This document shows positions 35,501 to 45,516 of a stretch of DNA of 45,516 nucleotides, in pieces. Position 1 is the stretch's first letter; each line of letters starts with the position of its first letter. This DNA comes from Saprolegnia diclina VS20. Its lineage: Eukaryota. The notes under the pieces were generated by a model, which searched no databases, had not been told where the DNA came from, and saw only the letters and a list, made by a program, of their open reading frames with translations. Where the stretch lies: the NCBI RefSeq assembly GCF_000281045.1, contig NW_008246082.1:604448-649963 (forward strand), read 5' to 3'. The position numbers and the translations under genes are program-made.

Positions 35501-38500
35501 CCGCGACTCGTCCAGAGCCTCGAGGCCGCCCTCCAGCAAGAAGTCGGGCAGCGTATTCCGATCGATGAAAACGTCCCGACGCACGAGATGCTGGTCCGTG
35601 TGCTGTGCAGCCTCGCGCTCGGCTTGGCCGGACAGCCCTCGACGGACGACCAAGCGCTTCTCGGCGACCTCACGCTCAAGATCGCTACGAGCGGCGAGTT
35701 TGCGATTGCGCTCTCCAAAGGTCGCGTCTCGATCGAAATGCTGAGCGCGCTGCCGGCTCCAACCGCGGCGCGCCTCGTTTTGGACACCCTCGTGCCTCAT
35801 GGACGAGAGGACGCACTGCACCCGAGCGAGATGGCCGACTTGACGTTGACACGGCAAACGCTGTTTCCTGGCCTCGTCGCCGGCGAAGAGACGCCGCTGG
35901 ACGCCGACGCCGAGAAGCGCAAGGTCGTACTCGCGGCGTCCCAAGTCGAAGAGGCGCGCATGATGGAGCTGCTCAAAGAAATCTCCAAGAAGGAGCAGGA
36001 GCGCATGCTCACCGAAGACGCCCGAGTCCAGCTGCGCGCGCAGTGGACGGACGACTGCTGGAAGCAGGTCGACGCCAAGCTGCGGTCCGAGCTGAGCCGT
36101 GTGCGCGGCGCCGAGTACGAGCTCTCGCGCCACGAGACACCACAGCGCCGCCGGGTGCGACTGGATGTGTACCTCAAGCCGACATTGCTTTTGCTCTTGC
36201 AAGCCAAGGCGCAGGCACCCATTTCTCGCGACGATCTATTGCAAAAGGTCGGACGCGTCATTGCGCAGCAGCCAAAACCTGCCATCGAGGACGACGTGGT
36301 CGACGAAGAGGCGATGCAGAACACCATTCGGAGCCGTCGCGGCACCATTGGACGGGGCACTGACTCGGACGATGACGAAGACGACGACGACGACGAGGAC
36401 GAAAGCACCGTCGTCGACGACGAGGAGGAGGAAGAAGCGGCCACTGGCGGCTTGGCACCGGACGACGCCACCCGCGTCCCTCTCGAAGCCATCAAACTGC
36501 CGACCATCGAAGCGGCCAAGAGCTTGCATCCGTCCGGTGGCATTGGTTTGGTGCCAGACGATCGCATTTACCTCCAGCCGCTGTGCCGTAAAGTCGTCCC
36601 CGAGGGCTTTGTGCTTGGGACCTTTTACGTCTGTGACAACGCGGCGGTGTTTACGCCGCAGGTGCCGCACGTGCGGCCGGGGGTCGACGCGGAGTGGGCC
36701 GTCGGTCTGCACCGAAGCCACCGCTGGAAGCTCAAGGACGTGGTTGCCGTCTACTTGCGTCGGTACCGTCTGCGCGAATCTGCGCTCGAGCTCTTCTTGC
36801 GCGACGGCTCGACGCACTTTATCGACTTTCACATGGACGGTGCAAACGCGGCACTGACGACAAGCATCCGCAACGACACGATCCGGACGCTCCTCGCCCT
36901 CGTGCCCAACGCCGCGATCAAGCAGTGGCCGGGCTTTCCTGTCGCGCGTATGCTGGGCCGCCTCACGCGCGAGTGGCAAGCGCGCAGCCTCAGCAACTAC
37001 GAGTACCTCATGGTACTTCGTCGGCGGTTTGTAAACATCGAGCTTGATGTATGTATCCTAGGCGCTCAACACCCTCGCAGGCCGAACGTTCAACGACTTG
37101 ACGCAATACCCCGTCTTTCCATGGGTCCTCTCCAACTACACAGCCGAGCACTTGGACTTGAGCGACCCGACGAATTTCCGCGACCTCTCAAAACCCATGG
37201 GCGCCCTCAACGCGGAGCGGCTGCATGAGTACTGGGAGCGCTACCACAGCTTTGACGACCCGGTACGTCGTGTTGCTCTCCGTCCGTTCGAGTTCAGACT
37301 ATGTTGTGCAGGTCATCCCCAAGTTTCTCTACGGGTCGCACTACTCGACGGCGGCCGGCGTCGTGCTCTACTTCCTCGTGCGCCTCCAGCCGTTTGCGTC
37401 GCTCCACCAAGTGATGCAAGGCGGCGTGTTTGATCTTCCGGACCGGCTTTTCAACTCGGTCTCGGACGTCTGGGACATGTGCAACTCGAGCATGTCGGAA
37501 GTGAAGGAGCTCACGCCCGAGTGGTTCAGCACGTCGGCGTTTCTCAAAAATCTAAATGGCTTTGACCTCGGCGCGCGCCAGGACGGCAAGCCGATCGGCG
37601 ACGTCGAGCTGCCGCCGTGGGCGAACGACGACCCCGAGACCTTCGTGCGCCTGCACCGCGCGGCGCTCGAGAGCGAGTTTGTTTCGGCGCATTTGCACGA
37701 GTGGATCGACCTCATCTTTGGCTTCAAGCAGCGCGGCGACGACGCGCTCGCGGCCAACAATGTATTCTACTACCTCACGTACTATGGGCTCGTGGACCTC
37801 GACGCGATCGAGGACCCGATGCTGCGCACGGCGATGGAGCAGCAGATTGCACATTTTGGGCAGTGCCCGCGCCAGCTCTTCTCCAAGGGCCATCCGCCCC
37901 GCGGGCCCGCGACAAGTACCTCCGCCACAGTCCCTCGTCCGCTCGCCGTGGCGTATCAGTCGCCTGTCAAGTCGCAGTCGCCAGTCCTATCGCGGTCGCT
38001 GGGCGGCGACACTGCGATCCGCGCCATCAAGATCTTGTCGGACCGCGTCCTCGCCGTCAACGATCTCGGTGTCATTGAGCTCCACCACTGGAAGCTTCAT
38101 GCCAAAGCGCCGGCCTCGGCGGTCCGCAAGTCGGACGAGCTGCAAAAGGACGGCGACGCCAGTAGTGGTGAGTGGAGGCTTTCGACAGACCGGGATCTCT
38201 CGCCGTTCGATGTCGTGCCGCGCCTCCCGATCTTTGCATCGGGCGCGCGGCTGCCGGTCGCCATCTCGGAGCACGGACGTGTGTTTGTGACGGGCGGCGC
38301 GTCGACGGGATCGATCCACCTCCGCCTTGTGGACCTTGCCAACGGCCACATACTGGCCAAGGCCAGCGTCGACGGCCACGCCGACGTCGTCACGTGTCTT
38401 GACATGGACACACTCGGCCAAGACGAGTTTCTTCTCTCGGGCGCCAAGTACGCACGCACAATGCGCTTTCCGTCGTACTGAGGATGTCGCATTAGGGACT

Positions 38501-39447
38501 CCTCGGTGCTTTTGTGGCAGTTCTCCAACATGAACAGTCCGTTCCGACTGCCACGCATCTCGTCGAGTCCGCTCATGGTACATTCGGCTTGCATTTTCGA
38601 TTGGTGTTGATTGCATCGTGTGATACCAGGTGTACCGAGGACACGACGCGCCGCTCAGCGCGTGCCACCTCAACGCGCGCCTCGGTATCGTCGCGTCGGC
38701 GTCAGCGTCCACGTGTCTTGTGCACAACGTGCACACGGGCCACGTCCTCTTTCGCGCGACCGCCGTCGACGACGCGACGTTCGAGCAGGTTGCATCGTCG
38801 CACCGCGGTTTTGTCGTAACCCGCAGCACCGTACGTGGTTTCTGAATACTATCAAGGTATCAACATGCACGGATTAGCGGCGGCATGGCACAGGCAGTGT
38901 GCTAGCGATATACACGATCGCAGGGACGTGTGTACGCGTCCACGACCTCGAGCCCTGCAGTAGCATCATCGTCTCACCGGACGGCGGCCTTGTGCTCGCC
39001 CACCTCGAGTTTGCCGTGCGCGTCTACCGTCTCGACGAGTACGTACTTGCCGTCCCTCGTGCGATAAGAACTGAGGATACATGATCGACTAGCCTAGCGA
39101 TCCTGCACGAGTACAAGACATCGACCGAGTTGCCGGCTGCCATCACGTGTGGAGCCATCGGCCCGTCCGAAGCCATCATGCTCGCGGTTACCGGCCACGC
39201 GGACGGAAGCCTCGTGTGGCACCGACTGCCGGACGCCGACGGCCGCGTCTCGGTGCTCGGGTCAGTCGGGCGCTTCCTCAACATCAACTCGCGCCTCAAG
39301 GTCGTCAAGGGCACGGTGCAGCAGGCGCAGACGCTCGCCATGACGACCATGGACAATGCGCGCGCCGTGACCAACACGGCCAAGGACATTGCGGGCGAGG
39401 CCAAGACGCTCATGCAGAGCATCTTTGGGCTTCTCAAGTCGGGCTAA
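32531..39447 (+). CDS. BEACH-domain protein (ConA-like, ARM-like, PH, BEACH, WD40); multi-exon at the 3' end
   Basis: PH motif [19 protein letters not shown] motifs [86 protein letters not shown]40 [17 protein letters not shown]; stop 39445-47. ATG at 32531 preferred over the track's non-ATG start. Confidence 0.93.
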
Positions 39448-39851
39448 TGCAATTCCTTTTGTTTTGAGATGCAAGAAATGCACACGGTCGCCACTTCGAG
39501 GCCGGCCGGCCCATTTGGCCGACATGCCAAGGGAGTTCCGCGAGGTGGGGCGCTGAATTTGGCTCGTCCCGCAGCGCTGTCCCCGACCTGTCCTTGATCT
39601 TTCTCTTCCAATATGACATTGTGTGCACTGGTATGATGGCCTCTCAGTCGCTGGGTCGCAAGTGGCTGGGTCGTCAAAGGCCCACTTCAACAAGGGCGCG
39701 GACCACGAGGCGTGCGTTTAGACTGCAACCCATATATCGTTTTAAACTATATAGGCATTGTTTCTGATACTAAAATAACGCCCTTTTAAACACCTTGAGC
39801 TCAGTATGCAGGACACGATATTGCGATCTTTCACTTGCAGATTTGCCACGT

Positions 39852-41054
39852 ATGACCAGACTGGACGTGTCGTCCAGCCCAGTGCTTGCAGGCGCACCGC
39901 CGGTGCGTGCTGCGACGTCTGAGCCCGATGTCAACCTCGGCGAGCATTGGCGCTCAAGAATCAAGGCGCTCAACATTTTCAAGAGCACGTTTGGCCATTT
40001 GCACGTGCCGCCGGACTTCGTCATTGGCATCACCGAGCCATGCCGTATGTGGACGGTGGCCATGGCTCGGTGATGCCAATGACGAAGTCCGGCGGCACGT
40101 GCAAATGGCCAAACGTGCTCTTGAAAAAGTTGAGCGCCTTGATTCTTGAGCGCCAATGCTCGCCGAGGTTGACATCGGGCTCAGACGTCGCAGCACGCAC
40201 CGGCGGTGCGCCAGCAAGCACTGGGCTGGACGACACACTCTTGCCGCTGGCAGTGGCCCAGCTCGAAGACCTCGGTTTCGAATGGGCGCCCGTGTCGTTC
40301 GAGTCGATCGCTGCGGGGATGCAGCTCTTTGCGACCACGTTTCCCGTCCACCCGCCGCGTACATTTGTCGTGCCGGCGCAGCCACCGTGGCCTCAAGACC
40401 TCTGGGGCGAAGACTTGCTCGGATCGAATGCCAAGCGCGTTGCTTGGCTCGACACGACGACGACCGAGTACAACCAGTCGCTGGCGTTGTGCCGGGTGCC
40501 GTCGGCCACGCCGTCGGTGCCAACGGGAAGACCCGTGTACCCGCAGGACGTCGTTCTGGCTACGATCGCACGCTACACGACAATGTACGGACGGACGCCC
40601 GTGCCGCTGCGTCCCCCAGTTCAGCAACGAGTGGCCCATGGAGGCCTCTTTGATGCCTCTCGGCTTCTTTGTTTGGGCGATGCGCGACCAGTGGGCTCAT
40701 CTCAACCCGAGCGCGTCGATGATGCTCGAAGCGCTCGGTTTTGCACCCAACAACACTGGCGGCGTCCATGTTGGTGGCGACAACGACGTCGGCGACGCGG
40801 CGCGTGTCCAGGATCAAGCCCACGGCAACATGGCTATGCATGCTGAGCCTGCACCGGCCGCTGGGCAAGCGCTCCCGAACGGCACCCACGGTGACCTGCC
40901 GCTGCCAGGTTTTGCCAACGGCGATCCCGTTCCCCACGCTCGTCTGGACGACATGCAGGACGACTCTGACGACGACGCCCTCATTCGTCATCGCCGTCGC
41001 CCTCGGTCGCCGTCGCCGGAGGTCGTTCGCCGAATGCGCCGACGCGTCGAATGA
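39852..41054 (+). pseudogene. Helicase-associated (HA) repeat gene disrupted by a fold-back duplication and a frameshift
   Basis: Three HA-like repeats: WRSRIKALNIFKSTFGHLHVPPDFVIG..WP; LEDLGFEW..FVVPAQPPWPQDLWG; YTTMYGRTPVP / VPQFSNEWPMEASLMPLG..LEALGF. Early TGA at 40071-73 and a frame change near 40605. Confidence 0.65.
39867..40236. repeat. Long inverted repeat: 176-bp arms (39867-40042 and 40061-40236), 18-nt spacer
   Basis: Arms are reverse complements with 2 mismatches on manual comparison. Near-identical peptides on both strands in the ORF track agree. Confidence 0.95.
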
Positions 41055-41445
41055 TTTCAACTCCACGATGTGCTGCCGCGCGAGCAAATTGCCGACAAGC
41101 CTGAAGAGCGCGCGGGGTTCGGCATCTGGGGTATCGTCAACGACCTTCGCAACTGGATTTTCCAGTAGTCTCCGAAAGAGTCGACTGAATGAGGCTCCAT
41201 GTCTTGTGGCGAGCTTAATTTGGTCCTTCGTTGTTGTTTGCTTCTAGCCCGACGCTGTCGTCTTCCCCCGGAGACGCCAGCGACTGCGGTGGCTCGATTT
41301 GTCATACAACCAGTAGCGACCGATCTCGCGTACCGCTTCGTTGGCTTCGGCAAGATCGAGGACAACAGAAAAGCTCTCGCATGTCACCGCCAGCTAATAA
41401 GGGTCGTCTCAAATACAGCAGTACTCCATACATTCACGCAACTTG

Positions 41446-42664
41446 TTAGACTACGCCGGACGGCTTGCGCGACCGACGTGTCGCACGGGGCAGTGCCGGC
41501 GAGTAGCCCGAGACCAGGTCGAGCTTCGAGTGGTCGGGCACGTGGTACTCGAAGCCGCGGGCGACGAGGACAAAGCCAAGCAAATTGAGGAGCACGAGGC
41601 CCGCGAGGATGTAAAAGACGAGCTCGAGCGCCCCGTCGTTGAGGTTGGTTGTGACCCAAAACGAGAAAATGCTGTTGACGCCACCAGCCACGACCGACCC
41701 GAGCGTCGTCGTGAGGAGGTTGAGCGCTTGGCACACGCTGCGCATGGACTCGGGCACCTCCGAGTAAAAGAGGTCGTACGCTACACCAAACACACATCAA
41801 ATCGCTGGCGCAAGACGCACACGTACAAGGAATGCTCACGAGGATCTCGGCGACACCGACAAGAAGGTACTGCGGCGTCTGCCACCACACGCTGATCGCA
41901 GACATGGGCAGTCGCTCGGACGCGTCGGCGCAGTTGGAGCTGAGTCCCTCGAGCAACGGCGATTCCTTCCGGGCGACTTCGATGGCGCCGGCAACCACCA
42001 TGCAGAGCGCAGCAACCACCAAGCCGGCACCCATCTTGCGCAGAATGGTAAGCCGGACGCCACAGCGCTCGATCGCCGGGTACAAGCACTGGTTGAAGAC
42101 GGGTACAAAGACGAGGATGACGATCGAGTCGAACATCGACAGCATCGCCGACGACACTTGGGTCTCGCCGACGCGGAGGTCCATTTGGCAGCCTTGCAAG
42201 ATGAAGTTCATTGTCTGCTGGCTGTACACGGCCCAAAACACGATGAGAAACCCAAAGTAGGGCGAGAGACGGAGCACTTGGCCGACCTCGCGCGTCTCGG
42301 CGAGGCTGCAGTCGCCGCCGTTCTCAATCGCCGCCGCGCGCACCCAGTCCGTGTTGCGCCCCGTCGCGATGAGCACGAGCGTGCCATAGACAACGAGCGC
42401 GGCGCCAGCGAGCGCAAGGGCGAGGTGCCATTGTGGCTCATCGACAAAGTACGAGGCGGTCGTGAGGATGATGGCGGGCACAAAGGCAAAGCCGCCCGAG
42501 AGCACGAGCCGACCTTTTCCGGAGCGTGACCCGGCAAAGACGAGGATCTGCACAAAGCGGCTCAGCGCGCTGCCCTGCGGCGGCTTGCGCACGTAGCGCT
42601 TCCGGCCCGAGACAAAGATGACGAGCGCCAAGCCAAAGGCGATCGTGGGAATGAGGAACGACGC
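41446..42664 (-). CDS. POT/PTR proton-dependent oligopeptide transporter (MFS); 5' part in the gap
   Basis: YVRKPPQGS, FWAVYSQQT..FILQGCQMD, LRKMGAG, SVWWQTPQYLLVGVAEIL, FYSEVPESMRS, NLNDGALE. Confidence 0.9.
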
Positions 42665-43583
42665 NNNNNNNNNNNNNNNNNNNNNNNNNNNNNNNNNNNN
42701 NNNNNNNNNNNNNNNNNNNNNNNNNNNNNNNNNNNNNNNNNNNNNNNNNNNNNNNNNNNNNNNNNNNNNNNNNNNNNNNNNNNNNNNNNNNNNNNNNNNN
42801 NNNNNNNNNNNNNNNNNNNNNNNNNNNNNNNNNNNNNNNNNNNNNNNNNNNNNNNNNNNNNNNNNNNNNNNNNNNNNNNNNNNNNNNNNNNNNNNNNNNN
42901 NNNNNNNNNNNNNNNNNNNNNNNNNNNNNNNNNNNNNNNNNNNNNNNNNNNNNNNNNNNNNNNNNNNNNNNNNNNNNNNNNNNNNNNNNNNNNNNNNNNN
43001 NNNNNNNNNNNNNNNNNNNNNNNNNNNNNNNNNNNNNNNNNNNNNNNNNNNNNNNNNNNNNNNNNNNNNNNNNNNNNNNNNNNNNNNNNNNNNNNNNNNN
43101 NNNNNNNNNNNNNNNNNNNNNNNNNNNNNNNNNNNNNNNNNNNNNNNNNNNNNNNNNNNNNNNNNNNNNNNNNNNNNNNNNNNNNNNNNNNNNNNNNNNN
43201 NNNNNNNNNNNNNNNNNNNNNNNNNNNNNNNNNNNNNNNNNNNNNNNNNNNNNNNNNNNNNNNNNNNNNNNNNNNNNNNNNNNNNNNNNNNNNNNNNNNN
43301 NNNNNNNNNNNNNNNNNNNNNNNNNNNNNNNNNNNNNNNNNNNNNNNNNNNNNNNNNNNNNNNNNNNNNNNNNNNNNNNNNNNNNNNNNNNNNNNNNNNN
43401 NNNNNNNNNNNNNNNNNNNNNNNNNNNNNNNNNNNNNNNNNNNNNNNNNNNNNNNNNNNNNNNNNNNNNNNNNNNNNNNNNNNNNNNNNNNNNNNNNNNN
43501 NNNNNNNNNNNNNNNNNNNNNNNNNNNNNNNNNNNNNNNNNNNNNNNNNNNNNNNNNNNNNNNNNNNNNNNNNNNNNNNNNNN
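42665..43583. other. Assembly gap
   Basis: Run of N. Confidence 1.
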
Positions 43584-44098
43584 TGCACGTGGGCTTGCTC
43601 TTTAAATCATGGATGCAGCTCTCTTGCGCTGGCGGCCGTGCACCAAAATATGGGTCGAGCGACGCGTTGGCGCCAAGGATACTGGGGAAATCTCTGCTGT
43701 CGCGGTCGTAACGTTTCAAGATCGCCAAGGATTCGCACTCGCTAAGTAGCAGTAGCCGACGGTACAAAAGCTGTGGTTATTTGGCTTGTTGAAGGAACGA
43801 GGAGGAAAGGGAGCGGCAACGATGGGATCAAAGTGGTGCCGCTTGCTCTATCACAATTAACAGCTCTCAACAGTGCGGTTAACACTATATCATCATGCCA
43901 ATAAGTTTGAAATAGTGTTATTCATCAGGAATGGCTTATATAAGCGACACCTCAGCTGTCGGTAATAAACACGCTAGAACGGCCTGGAGATCGAATTCTG
44001 TTATAAGATACGCTACACGGTGTTGAAGTATTGTTTTGCGACACATGCCAGCCGGCTGGGAATTATCATCCTTGGGGCACCGACGACCATTGGCGAAG

Positions 44099-45146
44099 AT
44101 GAAGGTTGTCATCGACACGGACGCCGGCTTGGACGATGCGATCTCGATCCTCATGGCCACCAACATGCTGCCCGAGGGTAGCGTGCTTGCGATCACGTCC
44201 GTCTTTGGCAACATGGATCTGCATCAGGTCAACCACAACTTGAAGCAGTACGTAGCGACGGATCTTTCTTTGTCTTCTGAAGCGCGTATTAGCATCCTCG
44301 CCCGCTCCAAGCAGCCCAACATCCCAGTCTTCTCGGGCGCGCACAAGCCAATGATCTCGAGCGTTGGCGAGCGCTGGGATGGCCACGGCGTCGACGGTCT
44401 TGGCGGTGCGATTGGCCTTGCCCCATACACGCCGCCGGGCGAAAACGACGCCGTGTCTGCGCTGCTTCGCCTCGCCAAGGAGCATCCCAAGGAGCTCACA
44501 ATCGTCGCCATTGGACCCGCGACCAACCTCGCGCTGGCAGCGGCGCTGGATCCGACGTTCGTCGACAACCTCAAGGAGGTATTGCTCCACATTGAGAAGG
44601 TGCCATGCCTCATGTGTACCATAGGTCATCTACATGGGCTGCACGACGCTCGGGCGCGGCAACACGACACCGCACGCCGAGTTCAACGTGGCGTGCGACC
44701 CGGAGGCGGCCCACATTCTCTTGACGCAGTTTGCATCGAAGCTCACGATCGTGAGCTGGGAGACCGTCTGCGACGCGTACCTGCCCTGGGCTTTCTTCGA
44801 CGAGCTCATCGCCGTCCAGACGCCGACGGCGGCCTTTATCAAGGCCATTTGCGCGTCCTTTGAGAAGTTCCGGCCGCAGCGCGACGTCGGTGTCCTCTAC
44901 GAAGAAGGCGGTGAGCAGCACTTTGTGGTTTGTGACGCGTACGCGCTGGCACTCCTCTTTGGCGACTACACGACGAACGTCTCGTTCGCCAATGGGCGCG
45001 TCGAGCTCACGCCGGGCGAGACGCGCGGCGCTTGCCATTGGTCGCCGACGGCCGACACGAGCGGCACCAAGCTCGTCCACGCCTTTGACACGGATCGCTT
45101 CAAGTCGCTCTTTCTCCAGCTCGCACGGGAAGAGCAAACGTTGTAA
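44099..45146 (+). CDS. Inosine-uridine-preferring family nucleoside hydrolase; 2 introns
   Basis: VVIDTDAGLDDA, VFGN, HGVDGLG, AIGPATNLA, GNTTPHAEFNVACDPEAA, VVCDAYA, ETRG. Confidence 0.92.
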
Positions 45147-45466
45147 GTAGCCAGGCACAAACTCGAAATATAGACGCTGTAATCGATTTTGTGATAAATT
45201 GGTTTGGGCAGCTTGCTTGTCTTGTACGATTCTCTTCTTATTCCCTCATGGAGCAGAGAAGAGCCCTTCAAATGGTCGCGTCCTTGTGATGTGTCACGGG
45301 TGCGCGATAGTAGCACTGGGACGGTGCACGAGGTATCTACGCGGACACGACGCGCACGAGACCTCGGTGGCACTACCGATCGATTTTGCGCGGGAAACCG
45401 TTGGTGGTTGCAGGCGCGGGAAGTTGTCGTCTTGTTGAACGACGTAGTCAGTTGCGAATTCGACAG

Positions 45467-45516
45467 ATGGGCGCCACCAAGGTCATCATTGATACCGACG
45501 CCGGCGTCGACGACGC
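45467..45516 (+). CDS. Start of a second, tandem nucleoside hydrolase (runs off right edge)
   Basis: MGATKVIIDTDAGVDDA, the N-terminal aspartate-cluster signature. Confidence 0.8.
   Translation, partial: MGATKVIIDTDAGVDD

Noticed and set aside
745..39447. Trafficking gene cluster (LFxGL protein, RabGAP, BEACH)
   Set aside because: The genes are interspersed with unrelated ones, so co-location is probably chance without synteny evidence.

Overview
GC-rich, gene-dense eukaryotic scaffold segment with four N-gaps and very short (~35-55 nt) GT-AG introns. Gene content and style fit an oomycete, probably Saprolegniales (inference; no search run). Most ORFs in the six-frame track are exon fragments or antisense shadows. 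Reconstructed genes in order: a membrane-protein C-terminus, a UVR/coiled-coil protein with many LFxGL motifs, eIF3f, a fragment after a gap, a hotdog-fold protein, an APC polyamine/amino-acid transporter, METTL13, a TBC1D22/Gyp1-like RabGAP, an SMP-30-like propeller, a small hypothetical protein, an FHA-FHA-PP2C phosphatase, two head-to-head intronless TPR-Hsp70 fusion genes, an accessory island (HMG-like fragment abutting a KDZ-type CxC fragment, ~20-bp minisatellite, tRNA-like halves), a BEACH-WD40 protein, a helicase-associated (HA) repeat pseudogene containing a 176-bp near-perfect fold-back, a POT/PTR transporter and two tandem nucleoside hydrolases. The most notable features are the inverted TPR-Hsp70 pair (intact EEVD-binding clamp, no EEVD tail, divergence concentrated in the substrate-binding region), the fold-back hairpin, the candidate AP-4 accessory protein and the KDZ-like deletion derivative. 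All domain calls are by eye from motifs.
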